Positions 52,801 through 62,386 of a DNA stretch of 62,386 nucleotides are shown in pieces; position 1 is the stretch's first letter; the number at the start of each line of letters is the position of its first letter. A program made the position numbers and the translations under genes. The stretch comes from Bilabrum cf. latius (lineage: Eukaryota), in contig OZ237735.1 of assembly GCA_965178125.1 (NCBI GenBank), positions 2,790,001-2,852,386 on the forward strand. Reading direction: 5' to 3'. The notes under the pieces are model-generated. The model was not told the DNA's origin. It saw nothing but the letters and a program-made list of their open reading frames with translations, and made no database searches.

Positions 52801-52840
52801 CAGCTAGCAAAGCTAGGGGGGGCGTGGTAAGAAACGCTAA
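49823..52840 (+). CDS. DDX55: DEAD-box RNA helicase DDX55/Spb4
   Basis: GFSQCTPVQ..TIPLFL.KKDVVAEAVTGSGKTLAF, SPTRELA, TPGR, DEAD, FSATQT, LHGKMPQKKR, TDVAARGLD and HRVGRAAR. Seven in-frame TAGs; ends GGRGKKR-TAA. Confidence 0.9.
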
Positions 52841-52885
52841 AACTGATGCGTGTACCAGATATTTTGCAGCAATCACGACTGCAGG

Positions 52886-53545
52886 TCAGCGTTCGCGCCG
52901 TCCACGACCTCCTTTCGTGCCTTGTCCTTTTCTCCTTCCAGATGATCCCACTCGCCACGTGCCTTTGCGAGTAAACTATCGCCAAAACTTCTTCGCTTCT
53001 TCGTAGGGGATCCTCTGCGGCAACGTCGCGCCGACTATACTACAGATCGCATCCTAGTCTGCTTCAGAGAACCTCAGGTGCGCATCCTCAATTAATGGGT
53101 ACAGTCGCGGGGGGGTCGAGGCGTGTATATTAATAACCTGAAGTATTTCGTGGTCTGCAAGGGCTAGCACCCGCTACCTAGCCGAAGTCGACTGCGTCTC
53201 GCTTGTCTCGGACCGAATCGGACTTGGTCCGGCGGCATCTTTAAGCGGTGAGCTAGCTCCTTCATCGCCATCAGCAGCAGAAGTCCTTCCACCTCGAAAA
53301 TCTTGCAATGCCTTCACAGCTCGGGCAGCATCTGGTGTCTTCACTGCATTGCTTGAAGTTTGCGAAACGTACTTCAACACACTTTTCTCGAGCCACCGAA
53401 CTGCTCCAGGCGGGTCAGGAACCCCCAGTCTTCCACCACGCTACTAAAAGGTACCTGCAGATTCTTGCAGGCTTGCTTTCTCCCTCAGAAACTCTGCCAC
53501 TTCGCAATTGAGCATGCGCCCTGCATTGTCATCAAGGCAACTCAT
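52886..53545 (-). CDS. RPC9: RNA polymerase III subunit RPC9/C17 (RPB4 family); five in-frame TAGs
   Basis: With TAG as sense: MSCLDDNAGRMLNCEVAEFLRE...WLEKSVLKYVSQT...LADHEILQVIN......LYPLIED...RFSE..*DAI..IV, which follows the RPC9/CRCP pattern. Confidence 0.7.
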
Positions 53546-53820
53546 TGGAGCTGCGGCAGGCTACGACGACTTCCGACTAAACGCTGGGATTCCTACTCGG
53601 CAAGCTTAACGTGGTATGCAAGCAGTTTCAAGATGCCGACGTACAAAAATCAGCTAGATACTGAGGCCTTCCATGATTCATCGTCTGCTGGCGATCCGCA
53701 TGACGAGTGCGACTGCAGCAGCGAACTGTTGTGTGGTTGTGTGGTTGTATCGTTGTATGCGTGCATGAGCGAAGCAATGCAACCCAATATCCTTATCCAC
53801 AGCTCATCTATGTAGTTCCC

Positions 53821-54150
53821 CTCGTCCACCGCCCAGCCGAACCACACCCATGCACCTCATCCACCGCCCATACCCCTCGTCCACCGCCCAGCCGAACCAC
53901 ACCCATGCACCTCATCCACCGCCCATACCCCTCGTCCACCGCCCAGCCGAACCACACCCATGCACCTCATCCACCGCCCATACCCCTCGTCCACCGACCA
54001 GCCGAACCACACCCATGCACCTCATCCACCGCCCATACCCCTTGTCCACCGACCAGCCGAACCACACCCATGCACCTCATCCACCGCCCATACCCCTCGT
54101 CCACCGACCAGCCGAACCACACCCATGCACCTCATCCACCGCCCATACCC
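53821..54150 (+). repeat. Subtelomeric tandem repeat, 6 x 55 bp
   Basis: The unit CTCGTCCACCGCCCAGCCGAACCACACCCATGCACCTCATCCACCGCCCATACCC starts at 53821, 53876, 53931, 53986, 54041 and 54096. Confidence 0.95.
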
Positions 54151-54155
54151 CTTTG

Positions 54156-54574
54156 GGGTTTAGGGTTAGGGTTAGGGTTAGGGTTAGGGTTAGGGTTAGG
54201 GTTAGGGTTAGGGTTAGGGTTAGGGTTAGGGTTAGGGTTAGGGTTAGGGTTAGGGTTAGGGTTAGGGTTAGGGTTAGGGTTAGGGTTAGGGTTAGGGTTA
54301 GGGTTAGGGTTAGGGTTAGGGTTAGGGTTAGGGTTAGGGTTAGGGTTAGGGTTAGGGTTAGGGTTAGGGTTAGGGTTAGGGTTAGGGTTAGGGTTAGGGT
54401 TAGGGTTAGGGTTAGGGTTAGGGTTAGGGTTAGGGTTAGGGTTAGGGTTAGGGTTAGGGTTAGGGTTAGGGTTAGGGTTAGGGTTAGGGTTAGGGTTAGG
54501 GTTAGGGTTAGGGTTAGGGTTAGGGTTAGGGTTAGGGTTAGGGTTAGGGTTAGGGTTAGGGTTAGGGTTAGGGT
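54156..54574 (+). repeat. Proximal telomeric tract (TTAGGG)n
   Basis: About 420 bp of TTAGGG, with the G-strand running towards the window end. Confidence 0.98.
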
Positions 54575-57500
54575 ATCTAATATAAAGTCAGGGACAGGGT
54601 CGGGGAAAAAATATTTTCATCTTCAATATTTGTCGAAAAACGACGTGCTACGATCTCGGCAACTACAGGTGATATGAAGACCGTTCAAACTGCATCGGGA
54701 CGGCCTGGGGGCACAACATGGGCCAAATGTTCCCCAGGTTCCGTTCTGGCCGCGCGGCGCCGATATGGGTGTATGAAGAATTTCACACCGAAAAACGACG
54801 TGCTACGATCTCGGCAACTACAGGTGATATGAAGACCGTTCAAACTGCATCGGGACGGCCTGGGGGCACAACATGGGCCAAATGTTCCCCAGGTTCCGTT
54901 CTGGCCGCGCGGCGCCGATATGGGTGTATGAAGAATTTCACACCGAAAAACGACGTGCTACGATCTCGGCAACTACAGGTGATATGAAGACCGTTCAAAC
55001 TGCATCGGGACGGCCTGGGGGCACAACATGGGCCAAATGTTCCCCAGGTTCCGTTCTGGCCGCGCGGCGCCGATATGGGTGTATGAAGAATTTCACACCG
55101 AAAAACGACGTGCTACGATCTCGGCAACTACAGGTGATATGAAGACCGTTCAAACTGCATCGGGACGGCCTGGGGGCAAAACATGGGCCAAATATTCCCC
55201 AGGTTCCGTTCTGGCCGCGCGGCGCCGATATGGGTGTATGAAGAATTTCACAGGGTTTAGGGTTAGGGTTAGGGTTAGGGTTAGGGTTAGGGTTAGGGTT
55301 AGGGTTAGGGTTAGGGTTAGGGTTAGGGTTAGGGTTAGGGTTAGGGTTAGGGTTAGGGTTAGGGTTAGGGTTAGGGTTAGGGTTAGGGTTAGGGTTAGGG
55401 TTAGGGTTAGGGTTAGGGTTAGGGTTAGGGTTAGGGTTAGGGTTAGGGTTAGGGTTAGGGTTAGGGTTAGGGTTAGGGTTAGGGTTAGGGTTAGGGTTAG
55501 GGTTAGGGTTAGGGTTAGGGTTAGGGTTAGGGTTAGGGTTAGGGTTAGGGTTAGGGTTAGGGTTAGGGTTAGGGTTAGGGTTAGGGTTAGGGTTAGGGTT
55601 AGGGTTAGGGTTAGGGTTAGGGTTAGGGTTAGGGTTAGGGTTAGGGTTAGGGTTAGGGTTAGGGTTAGGGTTAGGGTTAGGGTTAGGGTTAGGGTTAGGG
55701 TTAGGGTTAGGGTTAGGGTTAGGGTTAGGGTTAGGGTTAGGGTTAGGGTTAGGGTTAGGGTTAGGGTTAGGGTTAGGGTTAGGGTTAGGGTTAGGGTTAG
55801 GGTTAGGGTTAGGGTTAGGGTTAGGGTTAGGGTTAGGGTTAGGGTTAGGGTTAGGGTTAGGGTTAGGGTTAGGGTTAGGGTTAGGGTTAGGGTTAGGGTT
55901 AGGGTTAGGGTTAGGGTTAGGGTTAGGGTTAGGGTTAGGGTTAGGGTTAGGGTTAGGGTTAGGGTTAGGGTATCTAATATAAAGTCAGGGACAGGGTCGG
56001 GGAAAAAATATTTTCATCTTCAATATTTGTCGAAAAACGACGTGCTACGATCTCGGCAACTACAGGTGATATGAAGACCGTTCAAACTGCATCGGGACGG
56101 CCTGGGGGCACAACATGGGCCAAATGTTCCCCAGGTTCCGTTCTGGCCGCGCGGCGCCGATATGGGTGTATGAAGAATTTCACACCGAAAAACGACGTGC
56201 TACGATCTCGGCAACTACAGGTGATATGAAGACCGTTCAAACTGCATCGGGACGGCCTGGGGGCACAACATGGGCCAAATGTTCCCCAGGTTCCGTTCTG
56301 GCCGCGCGGCGCCGATATGGGTGTATGAAGAATTTCACACCGAAAAACGACGTGCTACGATCTCGGCAACTACAGGTGATATGAAGACCGTTCAAACTGC
56401 ATCGGGACGGCCTGGGGGCACAACATGGGCCAAATGTTCCCCAGGTTCCGTTCTGGCCGCGCGGCGCCGATATGGGTGTATGAAGAATTTCACACCGAAA
56501 AACGACGTGCTACGATCTCGGCAACTACAGGTGATATGAAGACCGTTCAAACTGCATCGGGACGGCCTGGGGGCAAAACATGGGCCAAATATTCCCCAGG
56601 TTCCGTTCTGGCCGCGCGGCGCCGATATGGGTGTATGAAGAATTTCACAGGGTTTAGGGTTAGGGTTAGGGTTAGGGTTAGGGTTAGGGTTAGGGTTAGG
56701 GTTAGGGTTAGGGTTAGGGTTAGGGTTAGGGTTAGGGTTAGGGTTAGGGTTAGGGTTAGGGTTAGGGTTAGGGTTAGGGTTAGGGTTAGGGTTAGGGTTA
56801 GGGTTAGGGTTAGGGTTAGGGTTAGGGTTAGGGTTAGGGTTAGGGTTAGGGTTAGGGTTAGGGTTAGGGTTAGGGTTAGGGTTAGGGTTAGGGTTAGGGT
56901 TAGGGTTAGGGTTAGGGTTAGGGTTAGGGTTAGGGTTAGGGTTAGGGTTAGGGTTAGGGTTAGGGTTAGGGTTAGGGTTAGGGTTAGGGTTAGGGTTAGG
57001 GTTAGGGTTAGGGTTAGGGTTAGGGTTAGGGTTAGGGTTAGGGTTAGGGTTAGGGTTAGGGTTAGGGTTAGGGTTAGGGTTAGGGTTAGGGTTAGGGTTA
57101 GGGTTAGGGTTAGGGTTAGGGTTAGGGTTAGGGTTAGGGTTAGGGTTAGGGTTAGGGTTAGGGTTAGGGTTAGGGTTAGGGTTAGGGTTAGGGTTAGGGT
57201 TAGGGTTAGGGTTAGGGTTAGGGTTAGGGTTAGGGTTAGGGTTAGGGTTAGGGTTAGGGTTAGGGTTAGGGTTAGGGTTAGGGTTAGGGTTAGGGTTAGG
57301 GTTAGGGTTAGGGTTAGGGTTAGGGTTAGGGTTAGGGTTAGGGTTAGGGTTAGGGTTAGGGTTAGGGTTAGGGTTAGGGTATCTAATATAAAGTCAGGGA
57401 CAGGGTCGGGGAAAAAATATTTTCATCTTCAATATTTGTCGAAAAACGACGTGCTACGATCTCGGCAACTACAGGTGATATGAAGACCGTTCAAACTGCA

Positions 57501-60500
57501 TCGGGACGGCCTGGGGGCACAACATGGGCCAAATGTTCCCCAGGTTCCGTTCTGGCCGCGCGGCGCCGATATGGGTGTATGAAGAATTTCACACCGAAAA
57601 ACGACGTGCTACGATCTCGGCAACTACAGGTGATATGAAGACCGTTCAAACTGCATCGGGACGGCCTGGGGGCACAACATGGGCCAAATGTTCCCCAGGT
57701 TCCGTTCTGGCCGCGCGGCGCCGATATGGGTGTATGAAGAATTTCACACCGAAAAACGACGTGCTACGATCTCGGCAACTACAGGTGATATGAAGACCGT
57801 TCAAACTGCATCGGGACGGCCTGGGGGCACAACATGGGCCAAATGTTCCCCAGGTTCCGTTCTGGCCGCGCGGCGCCGATATGGGTGTATGAAGAATTTC
57901 ACACCGAAAAACGACGTGCTACGATCTCGGCAACTACAGGTGATATGAAGACCGTTCAAACTGCATCGGGACGGCCTGGGGGCAAAACATGGGCCAAATA
58001 TTCCCCAGGTTCCGTTCTGGCCGCGCGGCGCCGATATGGGTGTATGAAGAATTTCACAGGGTTTAGGGTTAGGGTTAGGGTTAGGGTTAGGGTTAGGGTT
58101 AGGGTTAGGGTTAGGGTTAGGGTTAGGGTTAGGGTTAGGGTTAGGGTTAGGGTTAGGGTTAGGGTTAGGGTTAGGGTTAGGGTTAGGGTTAGGGTTAGGG
58201 TTAGGGTTAGGGTTAGGGTTAGGGTTAGGGTTAGGGTTAGGGTTAGGGTTAGGGTTAGGGTTAGGGTTAGGGTTAGGGTTAGGGTTAGGGTTAGGGTTAG
58301 GGTTAGGGTTAGGGTTAGGGTTAGGGTTAGGGTTAGGGTTAGGGTTAGGGTTAGGGTTAGGGTTAGGGTTAGGGTTAGGGTTAGGGTTAGGGTTAGGGTT
58401 AGGGTTAGGGTTAGGGTTAGGGTTAGGGTTAGGGTTAGGGTTAGGGTTAGGGTTAGGGTTAGGGTTAGGGTTAGGGTTAGGGTTAGGGTTAGGGTTAGGG
58501 TTAGGGTTAGGGTTAGGGTTAGGGTTAGGGTTAGGGTTAGGGTTAGGGTTAGGGTTAGGGTTAGGGTTAGGGTTAGGGTTAGGGTTAGGGTTAGGGTTAG
58601 GGTTAGGGTTAGGGTTAGGGTTAGGGTTAGGGTTAGGGTTAGGGTTAGGGTTAGGGTTAGGGTTAGGGTTAGGGTTAGGGTTAGGGTTAGGGTTAGGGTT
58701 AGGGTTAGGGTTAGGGTTAGGGTTAGGGTTAGGGTTAGGGTTAGGGTTAGGGTTAGGGTATCTAATATAAAGTCAGGGACAGGGTCGGGGAAAAAATATT
58801 TTCATCTTCAATATTTGTCGAAAAACGACGTGCTACGATCTCGGCAACTACAGGTGATATGAAGACCGTTCAAACTGCATCGGGACGGCCTGGGGGCACA
58901 ACATGGGCCAAATGTTCCCCAGGTTCCGTTCTGGCCGCGCGGCGCCGATATGGGTGTATGAAGAATTTCACACCGAAAAACGACGTGCTACGATCTCGGC
59001 AACTACAGGTGATATGAAGACCGTTCAAACTGCATCGGGACGGCCTGGGGGCACAACATGGGCCAAATGTTCCCCAGGTTCCGTTCTGGCCGCGCGGCGC
59101 CGATATGGGTGTATGAAGAATTTCACACCGAAAAACGACGTGCTACGATCTCGGCAACTACAGGTGATATGAAGACCGTTCAAACTGCATCGGGACGGCC
59201 TGGGGGCACAACATGGGCCAAATGTTCCCCAGGTTCCGTTCTGGCCGCGCGGCGCCGATATGGGTGTATGAAGAATTTCACACCGAAAAACGACGTGCTA
59301 CGATCTCGGCAACTACAGGTGATATGAAGACCGTTCAAACTGCATCGGGACGGCCTGGGGGCAAAACATGGGCCAAATATTCCCCAGGTTCCGTTCTGGC
59401 CGCGCGGCGCCGATATGGGTGTATGAAGAATTTCACAGGGTTTAGGGTTAGGGTTAGGGTTAGGGTTAGGGTTAGGGTTAGGGTTAGGGTTAGGGTTAGG
59501 GTTAGGGTTAGGGTTAGGGTTAGGGTTAGGGTTAGGGTTAGGGTTAGGGTTAGGGTTAGGGTTAGGGTTAGGGTTAGGGTTAGGGTTAGGGTTAGGGTTA
59601 GGGTTAGGGTTAGGGTTAGGGTTAGGGTTAGGGTTAGGGTTAGGGTTAGGGTTAGGGTTAGGGTTAGGGTTAGGGTTAGGGTTAGGGTTAGGGTTAGGGT
59701 TAGGGTTAGGGTTAGGGTTAGGGTTAGGGTTAGGGTTAGGGTTAGGGTTAGGGTTAGGGTTAGGGTTAGGGTTAGGGTTAGGGTTAGGGTTAGGGTTAGG
59801 GTTAGGGTTAGGGTTAGGGTTAGGGTTAGGGTTAGGGTTAGGGTTAGGGTTAGGGTTAGGGTTAGGGTTAGGGTTAGGGTTAGGGTTAGGGTTAGGGTTA
59901 GGGTTAGGGTTAGGGTTAGGGTTAGGGTTAGGGTTAGGGTTAGGGTTAGGGTTAGGGTTAGGGTTAGGGTTAGGGTTAGGGTTAGGGTTAGGGTTAGGGT
60001 TAGGGTTAGGGTTAGGGTTAGGGTTAGGGTTAGGGTTAGGGTTAGGGTTAGGGTTAGGGTTAGGGTTAGGGTTAGGGTTAGGGTTAGGGTTAGGGTTAGG
60101 GTTAGGGTTAGGGTTAGGGTTAGGGTTAGGGTTAGGGTTAGGGTTAGGGTTAGGGTTAGGGTTAGGGTTAGGGTTAGGGTTAGGGTATCTAATATAAAGT
60201 CAGGGACAGGGTCGGGGAAAAAATATTTTCATCTTCAATATTTGTCGAAAAACGACGTGCTACGATCTCGGCAACTACAGGTGATATGAAGACCGTTCAA
60301 ACTGCATCGGGACGGCCTGGGGGCACAACATGGGCCAAATGTTCCCCAGGTTCCGTTCTGGCCGCGCGGCGCCGATATGGGTGTATGAAGAATTTCACAC
60401 CGAAAAACGACGTGCTACGATCTCGGCAACTACAGGTGATATGAAGACCGTTCAAACTGCATCGGGACGGCCTGGGGGCACAACATGGGCCAAATGTTCC

Positions 60501-62386
60501 CCAGGTTCCGTTCTGGCCGCGCGGCGCCGATATGGGTGTATGAAGAATTTCACACCGAAAAACGACGTGCTACGATCTCGGCAACTACAGGTGATATGAA
60601 GACCGTTCAAACTGCATCGGGACGGCCTGGGGGCACAACATGGGCCAAATGTTCCCCAGGTTCCGTTCTGGCCGCGCGGCGCCGATATGGGTGTATGAAG
60701 AATTTCACACCGAAAAACGACGTGCTACGATCTCGGCAACTACAGGTGATATGAAGACCGTTCAAACTGCATCGGGACGGCCTGGGGGCAAAACATGGGC
60801 CAAATATTCCCCAGGTTCCGTTCTGGCCGCGCGGCGCCGATATGGGTGTATGAAGAATTTCACAGGGTTTAGGGTTAGGGTTAGGGTTAGGGTTAGGGTT
60901 AGGGTTAGGGTTAGGGTTAGGGTTAGGGTTAGGGTTAGGGTTAGGGTTAGGGTTAGGGTTAGGGTTAGGGTTAGGGTTAGGGTTAGGGTTAGGGTTAGGG
61001 TTAGGGTTAGGGTTAGGGTTAGGGTTAGGGTTAGGGTTAGGGTTAGGGTTAGGGTTAGGGTTAGGGTTAGGGTTAGGGTTAGGGTTAGGGTTAGGGTTAG
61101 GGTTAGGGTTAGGGTTAGGGTTAGGGTTAGGGTTAGGGTTAGGGTTAGGGTTAGGGTTAGGGTTAGGGTTAGGGTTAGGGTTAGGGTTAGGGTTAGGGTT
61201 AGGGTTAGGGTTAGGGTTAGGGTTAGGGTTAGGGTTAGGGTTAGGGTTAGGGTTAGGGTTAGGGTTAGGGTTAGGGTTAGGGTTAGGGTTAGGGTTAGGG
61301 TTAGGGTTAGGGTTAGGGTTAGGGTTAGGGTTAGGGTTAGGGTTAGGGTTAGGGTTAGGGTTAGGGTTAGGGTTAGGGTTAGGGTTAGGGTTAGGGTTAG
61401 GGTTAGGGTTAGGGTTAGGGTTAGGGTTAGGGTTAGGGTTAGGGTTAGGGTTAGGGTTAGGGTTAGGGTTAGGGTTAGGGTTAGGGTTAGGGTTAGGGTT
61501 AGGGTTAGGGTTAGGGTTAGGGTTAGGGTTAGGGTTAGGGTTAGGGTTAGGGTTAGGGTTAGGGTTAGGGTTAGGGTATCTAATATAAAGTCAGGGACAG
61601 GGTCGGGGAAAAAATATTTTCATCTTCAATATTTGTCGAAAAACGACGTGCTACGATCTCGGCAACTACAGGTGATATGAAGACCGTTCAAACTGCATCG
61701 GGACGGCCTGGGGGCACAACATGGGCCAAATGTTCCCCAGGTTCCGTTCTGGCCGCGCGGCGCCGATATGGGTGTATGAAGAATTTCACACCGAAAAACG
61801 ACGTGCTACGATCTCGGCAACTACAGGTGATATGAAGACCGTTCAAACTGCATCGGGACGGCCTGGGGGCACAACATGGGCCAAATGTTCCCCAGGTTCC
61901 GTTCTGGCCGCGCGGCGCCGATATGGGTGTATGAAGAATTTCACACCGAAAAACGACGTGCTACGATCTCGGCAACTACAGGTGATATGAAGACCGTTCA
62001 AACTGCATCGGGACGGCCTGGGGGCACAACATGGGCCAAATGTTCCCCAGGTTCCGTTCTGGCCGCGCGGCGCCGATATGGGTGTATGAAGAATTTCACA
62101 CCGAAAAACGACGTGCTACGATCTCGGCAACTACAGGTGATATGAAGACCGTTCAAACTGCATCGGGACGGCCTGGGGGCAAAACATGGGCCAAATATTC
62201 CCCAGGTTCCGTTCTGGCCGCGCGGCGCCGATATGGGTGTATGAAGAATTTCACAGGGTTTAGGGTTAGGGTTAGGGTTAGGGTTAGGGTTAGGGTTAGG
62301 GTTAGGGTTAGGGTTAGGGTTAGGGTTAGGGTTAGGGTTAGGGTTAGGGTTAGGGTTAGGGTTAGGGTTAGGGTTAGGGTTAGGGT
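54575..62386 (+). repeat. Higher-order telomeric array: 6 x [678-bp spacer + (TTAGGG)n]
   Basis: Spacers lie at 54575-55252, 55972-56649, 57381-58058, 58760-59437, 60187-60864 and 61578-62255. TTAGGG tracts are 719, 731, 701, 749 and 713 bp, with a truncated final tract. Confidence 0.97.
54634..55252 (+). repeat. 4 x 155-bp tandem repeat within each telomeric spacer
   Basis: Units start at 54634, 54789, 54944 and 55099. The fourth unit carries two variants (GGCAAAACATG, AAATATTCC) in every spacer. Confidence 0.97.

Noticed and set aside
49-53545. Mass pseudogenisation or sequencing errors as the cause of internal stops
   Set aside because: The interruptions are TAG, without frameshifts. They occur in essential genes and at conserved Gln positions.
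49-53545. Pyrrolysine, or a ciliate-type code with both TAA and TAG as Gln
   Set aside because: TAG aligns with Gln, and TAA was seen only as a terminator (4813, 7780, 52838), never inside conserved domains.
53707-62145. ORFs with poly-RV/LG and the repeated 89-aa MGQMFPRF ORFs
   Set aside because: These are translation artefacts of TTAGGG and the 155-bp/55-bp repeats. The frame shifts in each unit and no domain is present.
54575-62386. CRISPR array, rDNA/5S array or telomeric retrotransposon
   Set aside because: The spacers are identical rather than unique, there are no rRNA motifs, and no RT/gag ORF or poly(A) tail.

Overview
This is the right end of a chromosome from a GC-rich, gene-dense unicellular eukaryote. 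The gene content, including a pyruvate kinase with a mitochondrial-type presequence, suggests a heterotrophic stramenopile-like protist, but that is inference. About 53.5 kb holds ~24 tightly packed genes with few, uniformly ~90-100-nt introns. These are followed by a 55-bp subtelomeric repeat and an unusual telomere. Two signals stand out. (1) The nuclear genetic code is non-standard: TAG is a sense codon, almost certainly Gln, and only TGA/TAA terminate. The supplied standard-code ORF track therefore chops most genes into pieces that rejoin in frame across TAG. (2) The telomere is a higher-order array: ~700-750 bp TTAGGG tracts alternate with six identical 678-bp spacers (a 59-bp leader plus four 155-bp units), as expected from rolling-circle or recombination (TALT/Y'-like) telomere amplification. 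Other notable items are a head-to-head arabinonate-dehydratase-like/arabinokinase-like gene pair, a 3-kb lectin-gene cassette between 304-bp direct repeats that carries a perfect 33-bp hairpin, an Amt with an altered twin-His pore, and a degenerate membrane-anchored cyclophilin. All family assignments come from motif recognition by eye; no database search was run.
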